A program made the translations under genes and the position numbers. The notes beneath the pieces were generated by a model, which ran no database searches, was not told the origin of the DNA, and saw only the letters and a list, made by a program, of their open reading frames with translations. A stretch of 64,000 nucleotides of DNA from a candidate division FCPU426 bacterium (lineage in GTDB: Bacteria > Oederibacteriota > JAAXVQ01 > JAUVAV01), in the NCBI GenBank assembly GCA_040756875.1, contig JBFLYH010000001.1, positions 384,001 to 448,000 of the forward strand, written 5' to 3'. Below, piece after piece: positions 12,001-24,000 of this stretch. Numbering within the stretch: position 1 is the stretch's first letter; each line of letters opens with the position of its first letter.

Positions 12001-15000
12001 CGGCCCGGCTCCTCCGCGACCTGGATGTCTATTACCTGCTGGACCTGATAGCGCGGAACGGCTCGTCGCTCCTCGAACCGGCGGAGTTGCGCCGCAAAGT
12101 CCAGGCCGCCGAGCCGATGGGGTCCAGGACTGCGCTGCAGACGCTGGTCGGAACCATCGGCGCCCTGCCTGAAAACAACTGGCCCGAGGAAAACGTCCGG
12201 GCCGCTTTTCTGGCTGAGCCGGTCCGGGAGTTTCCAGCCGGCCAAATCATCCGCGACCTGGAAACCAACCGCGAAGTCCTTCAGCGCCGCATCAGCCCGG
12301 CCCGTTTCGTGATAAAAACCGTGAAAAAACTCTACGCCCGCCGGCTGCCGAAGGCGGCGCCGGTCGCGCCGCCGGAGATTTCCGGATTCCTGACCCTGCT
12401 GCAGAACGAAGGCCTGGCGGACGAAAGCCTGGTTGATGACCTGCTTTCCGATTACCGCCAGCAGCGCGACGATCCCGTGGTGATCGTTAAAATCCTGGAA
12501 AGCATGGTGGAAGACGAGGAGTTCTCCCTGGCGTCCGGGAAAATCCTGTCCCTCGCGGCCAAACTGAAGCTGGCCGACCTGCGGGACCTCTTTGTCCGTG
12601 CCAGGGAAACGGCCGGGAGAAAATCGGACTATGAGGTCATGGTGGCCGCGGTCATGGAAGCCGCGGGCCTGAAACGCAAAATCTCCGAGGAAGAACTCGA
12701 TGCGCGCATCCGGGCGGACGTCATGAGCCGGAGGCAGGAAAAGGAAGAATCGGTCTTCGGCGAGCTGCGCTCGGATTTGGGCGGCGAACGGCCGGAAGAC
12801 AGGGCGAATAAAATCCTCAACGGCGGGGACCTGAAAATCCGTTTGGGCCGGATGCTGCTGAATCTTCTGGCTTCCGGCCTGGCCGCCGGGCTGTCTGCGG
12901 CCCTGAGCCCGGCGGGCGTGCACTGGCCGGTTTTCGTGCTCCTGGGCGTGTTCGCCGGCCTGGTCTTCAGCGGCGTGCGCCTGCTGTACTGGGCGTGGTT
13001 GTGGCGCGTGCCGCCTCCCGGCCTGTTGACCCGGCCGCTGCTGGCGCGCGGCCAGGAAAAGCTGGCGCTGCAATTCGAAGGCCTCAGGCAGGAACTCGGG
13101 CGCCGCGGGGTGGACACTGACCGGCTGCAGCTGGGCTGGATCGCGGACGAACAGCCGCTCGGCTGGGATGAAATCCTGCCAAGGCCAGAAGCGTGGGGGA
13201 CCTGGTTCCGGCTCCCGGCCGGCTGGCGCGGAAAACTGGGCGCCATCCGCCTGGGAAGAGGCGAGGGCGACCGGGTGCTGGTCCATCCCCTGGTCATGTT
13301 CCTGCCGGCCTGGGCGCAGCGCGCTATTTTGACGCATGAAATATATGAAGCGCAGGGCGCGGGACACTGGCGCGCCACCTGGGCGGAATTCGGGGGCGTG
13401 TTGCGTTTCCTGGCTGCGGCCGCGGTTCTGAGAATGCGCGGGGAAGCGCCGGTCTCGGATCAGCCCCGCCCCGCGGCCGCGCCGCTCGGCATGTATCCGG
13501 CCATGATTGAACTCACCTCGCGGGTCATGCCGCGGCTCCTGGGACGGATCATGCCGCAGAACGAAATATATATGTACAGCGCCCTGGTGACCGCGCCCTT
13601 GCTGGAATCCCTGTCCGTGGTGTTTATCATCGCCGCCAACCTGCTCCATGCCTTCAACGCCTTGCCGTTTGATCCGCGTTTGACCTGGCCGGCGGCGGTC
13701 ATCTTCACCAATTTAGTCTACGCCCTGGGCCACGGCTTCGGCGCCTATGAAGTGCGGCGGAAACCCGAATCCAAGCTGGTCGAGATCGTGCCCGTGACGG
13801 TCAGGACCTGGCAGGGCCGCATTAAAAACTGGGGTCGCTTCTACCTGCTGGGCCTGTCCTTCCACGGGTTGTTTTACCTGGGCCTCCTGCTGGCCCCGTT
13901 TGCCCACGAACCGCTCGCCCACGCAGCCGCGCTGGTCTTCATGGTGCTGGGCGCCATTGCCGCGCCCTTCCTGCACCGCTCGTACCATCAATCCGTGCTG
14001 CGCAAACCGGAGGATTATCCAGCCTGGCTGCGCGTGCTGGGCATGGTCGGCGCGAGCGGGGAAATCGCCGGAACCATTCCAGCGGGGATCGGAAGTCAGG
14101 CCGCGGAAACGGCTCCCGAAACCTCGCCCCTGACCCTGGAAACCCAAGCGCCGTTCCTGCGCTCCCAGCTCCTGCAAGACCGCGTGCTCGATGCGCTGGA
14201 GGCCCTGGGCGGCCGGGCCACGCTCGAGGAACTGGCCAGGGTCCTGCGCCGCACCCAGGCTCCGGTGCGCAAGGCGGTGCGGCGGCTGGATTTCGAAGAA
14301 ATCAACCGGGTGCGCGAGGCCAAGGGAAAAATGCCGCTGTATCCCGTGCTGCCGGCCCGGACCAAGCTGGTCCAGGACGAGATCATCGCCGCGCTGGAGG
14401 CTTTGGCCGGAATCGCCGAACCCGCGGAGATCGCGGCCTTTAGCGGCCAATATGTGACGGTCACGCGCCAGGCCCTGCGGGAAATGGATTTCAATCTGCT
14501 GAACCGCATGCGCGCGGCGCGGGGCCTGGCGCCCCTGACCGTCATCCTGCGGCGGGGAACGCCGGAACAGGTCGGCATCAACCGCAGCAGTTTGTCCGTG
14601 GATATCGGCGATTTGAACGGCCTGGTTGCGGAACTGGCAGCCCGAATTCCCAACCCTGCCCCGGCTCCGTACGCGGACCTCTATGCGCGGATTGCATTGC
14701 CTCTCCTGGTTTCCGCGTCCTTCCGGCTGGCGCCGCAGACCGGCGATCCCGAGGCCGACGCCCGCAACCGCGAGGATTTCCTGCGCGCCCTGAGCCAGTC
14801 GCTGGCAGACCTGGTTGCCAAACCCGAAGGCCCCTTTGCCGTGCTGGCTGCGGACCCGATCCTGGCCCGGATCTTTTGGGCCTTGTTGGTTCCTCGGGCG
14901 CTCATGATGACCGCCGGCGGGGAAGCGGCCGCCGGATTTTCCCTGGCGGCGTTTGAGCGGAATTTGGAAACCGTCCTGGCTCATTATCAAAGCCGGAGCA

Positions 15001-18000
15001 AACAACCGCTTCAGCCCATGTCCGTGGAGTTCGGCGGTTTGGGCCGGATCATCCGAGCCGGCGAACGTTTCCGGTCGCTGCGCCGGCAGGCCGGGGACGG
15101 GCAGCCCTATGCGTTTGCGGGCAAGGCTGATCTGCAGTCTATGTACGCCGAAAGGGTCCGCCAGGCTCCGGCTGGGCCCGCAGCGCAAACGGCGGCGCTG
15201 TCCGGCGACCATTCGGAAATCGTCAAGTCGCGGTTTGTGACGTGGCGGCAGACCGGGACCGGTCTCTTGCCCGGGGATTACCTCGAATTCGAGTTGACGC
15301 CGGGCCGGAACAAAACCCTGACCTACCAGAATGCGAGCGCAGTCTTCTCGTTCAAAACCCTGGCCGCGGCCGCGTCCTTCCAGGCGGTATTGGTGGCCGA
15401 GGAGGATCCGAACCACGGGTTGGTGGTCAATGCCTACCGCCGCGAAGCCTTCCTGTCCGGCGACTGGACCCAGCCCGTCAAAACCTTCAGGCATGCGTTC
15501 GGGGAGAACCCGTTCAATCTGGCTGCGGCGGATGTGGCCAAGGCCTTCTATTCTCCGGAGGAACTGGCCCTGCAGGGCAGGCCCTATGCGACCCGGCTGA
15601 CCGAAAAAGGCCTGGTGGATTACCACCTCCCCCTGGAACCCGGCGCCGCCGCGCTGCCGGTGAAGATGATCGTGCCGGAAAAACGGTTCAGCCAGGGGGG
15701 CCTGGCCAAGGCCGAGGTGGTTTGCCGGGTGGAAAACGATCCGAACCAGGGCCAGATCATCAACACCTATCTGGCCGAGGATTTCAAGGCCGGCCGCGTG
15801 GACGCACCCCTCATGACGTACGCCATCCTGCGCGCAGGCCGCCACGCCGAACTGGTTGACAACCTGGCCCGGCTGGACATTTTAGCTGCCAGGGAAGGCA
15901 AGCCGCTGGCGCTGTTAGGGCGGGAGTTTGAAACCAGCCTGAAAATACAGACCGTTACCGGGAATCCCTACGCCTGGTTCTCGGTCGAATGGCGGGGCCG
16001 GTTCGCGCGCTTCAGCATCCCGGCCAGAACGCTCGCGCCCGAGGTGCTGGCTGCGCCGGTCAAGGTCCGCGTGGAAACGGATGAGGTTTTGGGCCAAGTG
16101 GTCCGCGTTTATTCCACGCACACCCTCCAGGGGCAGCCGCTGCTGCTGCGGACCTTCCAGTATCCGGTCGCAGCGGAAGCGCCGGCAACCGGCGGAGCCG
16201 AAGAAACCGTCCCGGCCCAAGCTCAAGCCGGGGAACAACCGGAGGCCGGCCTGGTTGAATGGGTTCGTCTGCTGGAACAGGAAAACCTGATCGGGAAAGA
16301 GACGGCCGTTGCCGTGGTGCAGGGACAAGACCGCGAGGCCGAAAAAACCGCGCTGCGGGAATTGCTCGAAACGCTGAATGATGAAGAAGTCCTGCAGCTG
16401 GGCATCGGGACGATCCGCGAAAAATCGTCCCAGGTCCCGTTGCGCGAGGTGCTGCGGGCGTTCCTGGCCCTGCGCGCCGGGGAAGCGGAAGCCGACGACT
16501 TCGAACTCATCACCGCGGCGGTCAAGCAGGCCATCGGCTACAAGGAACCCAAGTACAGCCGGGAGGAAGTGGCGGCGCGGATTACGGCCAGCATCAGGGA
16601 AAAATCTCTGCAGGAAAGGCCGGAAAGCGCCAGCGCGTTTTTCGATATGCAGCCGCAGGGCGACGCCCGCCGCAACCGGGCGGAATTCGAGCAAATCAAC
16701 AACGGCTCAACCAAGTTGGGCGACCTCGGCGGCCTGATGCCCTGGCTGCGGCAGCTGCTGGTGGAACGCCTGGGCTGGATGCAGGACGCCACGTACGTAA
16801 AATGGGCCTGGGCCATCGAGGCCGTGCCCATGGGCATCGCCGGCCTGGCCGCGGCCGCGATCGCGGCCTGGACCGGGTTCTTCGACCCCGCAGCCGGACT
16901 CGAAGCCTTCGCGCTCCTGGCGGTCCGCCTGGCCTGGGGCCTGTTCCCAATCCTGCACTTGATCGTGAACGGCCGGCTGACCTGGCAGGGCCTGACCGGC
17001 ACCGAAAAAACCAATGCCGTCCTCGCGCTCGCCCTGGCAGCCGTGAACCTGGCCGCTTCGCTCGCGCCGGTTCCGCTCTGGAACCTCCTGGTGTTCGGCC
17101 TGGCTTCCCACGCCGGGCTTAATGCATGGCTCAGGCTGTCACCCTGGCAGTTCAGGCTCCGGAGCCCTGTGCGTGTGCTGCAGCTGGGCACGCCGGACGG
17201 CGTTTTCAGCCTGCCCTGGCCTGTGCTCCAATCCCCAATTGTGATGATGAATTCCCTCCGGAACAACGGGGGCAACGGCCCGCAACTGCTGCGCTCCCAA
17301 CTGCTGCAGGACCGGATCCTCGACGCGCTCGAAGCCCTGGGCGGCAGGGCCACGATCGAAGACATCGCGGCCGTTGTCCGCCGGGGGCATTCGCGGGTGA
17401 ATGAAACCGTTAAAAAACTGGATTTCAAGGCGATCAACCGCCAGCGCCTGCTGGACGGCCGGATGCCCTTGTTCCCGCCGGTCAACGCCAAAACCATGCT
17501 GGTCCAGGACGAAATCATCGCGGCCATGGAGATGCTCGGCGGCATCGCGGCGCAGCGGGAAATCATCCGGTACAGCGGGCTGGACCGGCAAACCGTTTCC
17601 CGGACCTTGAAGGCCATGGATTTCGGATTGATCAACGGGATCCGCGAAGCCCGGGGGCTGTTCCCGCTGCTGGTGATCCATGCGGACGCCCCGGCCTACC
17701 GCTTTGACGACGCCAAAGCCAGCCGGGATACGACCCTGCAGGAGGACGTGCTCGCCGGCCTGACCGAAGACTTTGGAACCGCCCAGGCCGGACTGTTCGG
17801 GCGGACGATCCTGCCCTGGCTGCTGCACGTTTCGCAGGCCACGGTTCCGGCCGTTGAAGACGATGTGATGATGCAGATCAACCGCGAGGATCTGGTCTAT
17901 ATCATCATGCGCGCTTGCCGGACCCGGTTTGAGACGATGATGGCTGATTGGAGGGCGAAAAATCCCGCGGCGACCCGGCGGCAGGAGGCGGGGCTTTTCC

Positions 18001-21000
18001 GCGCCTATTGGGGCGTGCTGGTGCCGCGCGCCTTGAACGCCGCCTGGCCGCAGTTCCTCGCCTTGCGGCTGGATGACGAACAATACTTGGATTTTGAGAA
18101 CACCCGGGTCGAGGAAGCATTTGCCGCCAGTCTGGATAAAACGGTAAGGCAGTTCGAGGGCAAAAGCGTGGTCGCGGTCGCGCGCGTGTCCGTGGACTTC
18201 AACGCGGAGCATAGGCTCGCCGAGGCGGCCGCCCATTACCAGGCCCTGCGCCGGCAAGCCGGAGACACGGAACCGTACGCCCAATTGGATGCGCGGGCCT
18301 TGGAAGCCTATTACGCCGGCCGCCAGGCGGCCGAACAGGCCGAAACCCCCGCGGGCGCCGGCCAACTGAAACCCGGCCATCCGCTGGCAGCGCACCTACT
18401 GAAGGTGCATCCGGAGCTGCTGCGGTCGCATTTGGTTGCCTGGTACCAAGCGGGCAGGGAACCGCAACCCGGCGAATACTTGCTGACCACGATCTACCCC
18501 GGAAAAACCAAGCATGTCTATCATCAGGACCAGCAGGCGTTTTTCTCCTTTATCACCCTCGCGGACAACCGCAAAGCCATCAAAACGGTTTTCCTGGTTG
18601 AACGCGACCCCAACCACGGGGTGGTGGTGAATGTCTATGAGGAGGACAAGTTCTTCCGCGGCAACTGGTCCCAGCCGCTCGGCACCTTTAAATTCGGGCC
18701 CCACGGCAGCCTCTTCGAGCCCGCGGCAGCCGACATCATCAAGGCGTTCCACCACCTGCAGGCCCTGCAGGTTTACGGGCGGCCGCTCGCGGCCCGGATC
18801 CGCGCGAACGGAGCCGTAGGGTTCACGTTCAGCCCGGATAACGCCTCGCCCAACTTGCCGGTTCGAATGACCGTTCCCGCGGACCTCATGCGGGAGCGGG
18901 ATCTGGCGGGCCGGGAAGCGGTTTGCTCGGCCGAAGAAGACCCCAACCACGGGCCGATCGTCCAGATCCGGCTGGCCGGCGCCTCGGATGAATTGCTGGT
19001 CAGTTATGTCTGGCACGAAGGCAAGCAAGCCTCGCTCCCGGTGGATTCGCTCAGCCGCCTGGACATCCTTGCGGCCAAGGAAGGCAGGCGGCTGTCCGAA
19101 TACAACCGAGAGTTCAGGACCCGCTTTTCGCAGCATGTGATCGGCGGCCTGCCGTACGGCATCTGCGAGGTCAAATGGCAGGGCAAGTCCTTCCGGACTT
19201 CGTTCCCGTGCAAGGACCTGCCGCCCGAGGTTCTGCAAGCCGGCCTGGTTTTGCGCGTGGCGCCGGACGCTTCGCCTGAAAACCAGGTGGTCGAAATTTA
19301 TTCGGCCCTTGGATACGGCCAGCCGCAAACCAGAAGGTTGCTGAAAGAAGTCTCGCTCCCCGTCGCCGCCGAGGCGCGGGCGTTGCCGAAGGCGCCGGAA
19401 ATCCCCGCCGCCTGGGTGGATGCCTCGCAAGTTTTCGCCGGCCTGGCGGAGCAACTGCAAGCCGCGGATCTTCCCGAGCCCCAGGCTGTCCTGGCCCGGA
19501 CCCGCTTGGCCCGGGTGCTGGCCAGGATGCATTCGAACATGACCAGTTTGCTGGCCGGCGGACTGGACTGGAACGACAGGGCAGCGGTTCAGCAGGCGCA
19601 AAACCTTCGGTGGTACGCCCGGCAGCTGACCAACGCCCTGGAAACCGCGCTGGGCCGGGAAACTGATGCCGCTGCATTCAGCCTGTATGAACAGCTCGGC
19701 CAGCTGCTTTCAACCTACCGCGCGCAAATGACGGAAGCTGCGGCGGTGTATTCCGGCGACACCGTGGCTGATGTGAAAGACGCCCTGGCAGGCGGCCTGG
19801 ATCATCTGGCCGTGGCCCTGCGCCGCCTGGATATGCGGCGCGCCGCCCTCCGGAAACAGCAACAAAAATCAGCGGCCGCGCAGCCGGTCCGACTGACCCT
19901 GCCCTCGACCGAAGTCCTGGCCGGCCCAGAGGCCAAAGGCCTGGCCGCAGTCCTGGTGCGGCGGCTGGGCGAATGGGGCATCGCGCTGGTCGAGGAGCTC
20001 GGGCTCGGCACGTCGGGGAAGAACATCGCCGCCTTCGCGGCGGTGAGGACCGACGTGCGGCTGCGCACGGTCTGGGAGGCGCTCCGGCAGGGCAGGCTCC
20101 TGCCGGCCGCGGGTGCGGCCGGTTGGCTGGCCCTGGCTTTCATGACCGCCGTGAACCCAGTCCTGCTGGCTGCCCTGGCGCCCTTGCTGCTGATCGGCCT
20201 GGGCTGGACGCAGATCGAGTATGCCGCCGGGCACCTGAATACAGACCGCGCCGAGTGGGTCGGCCGCCTGCGGGCCACCTTGCTGTTCAACGCGGTGGCC
20301 GTGGGAACCGCGCTGCTCCTGGCCGGAGCGGCCGTGGCTTTCCTCAGCGGGCCGGCCCTGGCCGGCGCCCTGCTGGCCGCGCCCCTGGCCGGCGTCCTCG
20401 CGAGCACCGCGGTCCACCGGCTTTGGAACCTGCGCGCGCCGCCCAACCTGCGGATGACGCAAGGCAAGGTCGGGATCCAGACCCTGACCGCCTGGCGGCC
20501 GGATGCAACCCTGCTGGCCGGCGATCCGACGGCCTATTATTCGCGGTTGGTGGAGACCGCGCCCACGTCCGGCCTCCGCAATTTCCTGCTTTACGATTCC
20601 GAATCCGGAAACCTGCGGGCTTTCTTCCTCAAACTGAAACCCGGCTGGCTGGTGGCCCATGACCCGGACCTGCTGGCCGCCATGTTCATTAGCGGCATCT
20701 TCGGCCCGGAGTGCCGGCTGGCGCATCGGCCGGGCGTGGGCGTGTTTCTGTACTGGCAGGACGAGGCCCGGCGGGTGATCCGGGAGAATGCCGACCTTTT
20801 TTCCGAATTATTGGGCCAGCCGCCGCAGAGCCTGTCCGATCAGGCGCTCGACGCGGCGCTGCCCGGCCTGCTGAGGCGCCTCATGAGCATGGACGCCCTG
20901 AGCGGGGACTGGCAGTACCCGGCCCAGGTGGGCCTGCTGCTGGGCTTCCCGCGGGCCGAGGCCCTCAACTACGCGCGCTACGACCAGCAGATTGACGAGG

Positions 21001-24000
21001 TTTACAGCCTGCTTCTGAAGCAGCCGCTGACCGCCGAGGAACAGCGCGTGGTGGCGATTTATCATCAGCCGCGCCTCGATTACCGCAACGTGCATCTGCG
21101 CGGCGCCTTGAACCAGGCCCACGTGGCCCGGCGTTCGTACCTGCGCGCGGCCATGGCCGGGATTCTGGAACGCTATCTGCCGGATCTGCCGCCCGGGCTC
21201 CGCAATTCAGTCCTGGACGAGCGCCTGGTCAGCGTGCAGGGCAGCTTCTACATGCTGGCGCATACGCCGGCGGGCCCGGCGTTCTGGGCCGCGGTGGCGC
21301 GCCGGTTCCGCGATACGGGCATGGAGTCGGCCGTGGAGCGGCTGCGGGCCCGTTATCCGTACGCGTCGGCGCTGGATCCGAGGGAAGTCCTGCGCGATCT
21401 GCTGGGCGAATTGGCTCGGGCCGGGATCCCGGGCGAAGAGCAGCGCATGATCCGCCTCTACCTCCGCTACCTGAGGCAGGGCAGCGAATTCGGCCTGCGC
21501 ATCCTCGCGCCCAAACTGACCCAATTGTTCCAGAAATACAATGTGTGGCTGGCCCAGGGCAGTTTCGATCCTGCGGCCAACGCCGCGGCCATCAACAACC
21601 TGTTGCAGGCGCGGCCAGGGCCGGTCCGGCGCTGGTTCAATCCTGGGGGGACCGGTGGGATGTTGGCCTTACTGCTTCTCCTGGGCGGCGGCTTCCTGCT
21701 GGCCAACCTGGATTGGGCCTGGGCCAGAGACCTCTCGCATACTTTAGCCGGCATGGGCTGGGGGCCGGAGCACAATCTGCTGCTGGGTTTTGTCACCTTC
21801 AACGGCCTGTCAAATCCCGACAGCCCGCAAGCGAACCGCAACATTATATATACGCGCCAGGGCAACCGCCTGGTGCCGGTGCCCGGGCCGTTCGGGAAAT
21901 ACCGCCTCGAAAGCATCAGCGACCATCCGGACGCAATCGTCAAAAACGCGGACCTGGACCAGCGGGGCGGTTTCCCGCGCGAACTCAGGGCCTGGTGGTC
22001 CAACCACCCGCTTGCCAACCGCACTGACCTGACCGCTGAATACAGCCAAGGCCGGCTGGTCCGGGTCTGGGCCGGGGACCCATATCCGGAGAACGACCTG
22101 GCCCGGCGGGATGCGGCCGTGCCGGTCGTTTGGTTCGCGGAACCACGGTGGGCGGAAGGCTGGGACGTGGTCGGCGAGAACCGGGTTTATGTGGCCGACG
22201 AAGCCGGCCGCCTGGCCATCCAGGCCGTGGCCGGCCGGGCATACACTCAGGAAATGGTGGAGCAGTACCCCGACGCCGTGGTCAAGGGCGACAGCCTCAA
22301 CCACAAGGGCGGGCTGAAGCACGGCGGCGGCCTGGTGTGGGACGCGCGGCCTGAGTTTGCTTTCCAGGATGTCACGATTGAATACCGCGGAAAACGCGTG
22401 GTGCGGGTGTGGCTCGGCGATCCCTATCCTGACCATGACCGCAACCGGCCGGACCTGGACGCGCCCCTGATCTGGTTCGATCCCGCGGTCGGGGCGGGTG
22501 AATTCACGCCCCTGGGCCGGAACGTGGTGTATGTGGCCGAAGGCAACCGCCTGGTTGCCCAACGGATCGCGGGCGGCACTTACACCGAAGCCGACGTGGC
22601 GCTGCAACCCGACGCCATCGTCAAACTGGCGGCGTTCGACTCCAAGGGCGGTTTCAAGCACGGTGGCGTCAGGCGCTGGTGGAACCTGGTCGGATACGGG
22701 GACCGGCCGGACATCACCGCGGAATACCGGCAGGGTAAGCTGGTGCGGGTGTGGGACGGCGACCCGTATCCTGAAAACGACCTGTCCCGGCCCAGCCAGG
22801 ACGTTTCTCTGCTCTGGTTTGACAGCCCAGCCGACGCTGACGGCTGGTCCCTGGCCGGCCGCAACGTGGTCTATGTGCCGTCCGAGGGGCGCCTGGTGCC
22901 GCAGGAAATCGCGGGCGCGCATTACGGGATAGACCGGGTGCAGCGGTATCCCGAGGCTGTGGTGAAGAACGTCCACACGGACAAAAAGGGCGGCCTGAAG
23001 CACGGCGGGGCCAGGTTGTGGTGGAACAAGACCGGGTTCGAGAACCGCACGGACCTGACCGTAGTGTACCGGAACGGGCGCCTGGTTGAAGTGTGGGCCG
23101 GAGATCCCTACCCGGACAATACGCTCGACGTTTCGGCGCAGAAAGCCGAGCTGATCTGGCAGCCGGCCATGCCCGGGCCCCTGCAGGCGTTCAACCTGTT
23201 CCAGGCCGCGGCCGCCGCGTTCCTGCTGGCCGGCGCTTCGGCTGTCGGGCTGGCCCTGCTGGCCGCGCTGAGCTGGCCGGTCTGGGCCCTGGTCGCGGTT
23301 GGCGCGCTGCCCGGCGCAGGCGCGGCTTTCGCGCTGGTCCTGGCCGCGCAGGCCGGCCTGGCCTGGTTCGGACGCCTGGCTGCGCCGGCCACGGCGCCGG
23401 CTGACCCCGCGCTCCAAGCGCGCTATCGGGAGGCGTTCGCCGCCTGGCCGGATACGCACGTGTTCTTTACGGACAAGCTGCCGTGGCACCAACTGGCCAG
23501 GACGCGGCGCGAAGCGGACGACACCTGGACCGTCGAACTGGCCTCGTGGCTCGCCGGCCAGGCCAAGGCCAACACGCTGTTCGCCAAGCTGCAGCAAATG
23601 CTGCTGCCCATCATCACCACGCACGAGAACCTGCGGCGCGCGGGCTGGAACGGCTGGCGCGTGTATCTGGCCAAGCTGGGGCAGGCACCCACCTACGGCC
23701 GGGCCCGGCGGGCGGGCGAAACCGCGCCCGTGCCGGAAAAATCCGCGGCCGAGGAGATCGCCGGGCAACTGCTGGATCCGTCCGGCTCCAGAGAAGTGGT
23801 CATCACCGCGGATGACGGACAACGGTTCACTTTCAAGCTGGCCACTTCCTTGGCTGAACTGGACAGCTGGTTCTACATCGAGGCGCACCGGGATGGGGAA
23901 CTGATCGGTGAAGCGCATGTCACCGGCGGCAATCAAATGTTCCGCATCACCGGCCGGCCGGATGATGCGGCGATTTGGACGGACAAAACAGGGTACCGGG

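Noticed and set aside
10263-13649. Long antisense ORFs (1128 aa here; also 4662-6689, 13713-15845, 21810-23936, 24015-26342, 33822-37034)
   Set aside because: They are shadows of GC-biased codon usage opposite real genes and have no recognisable motifs.
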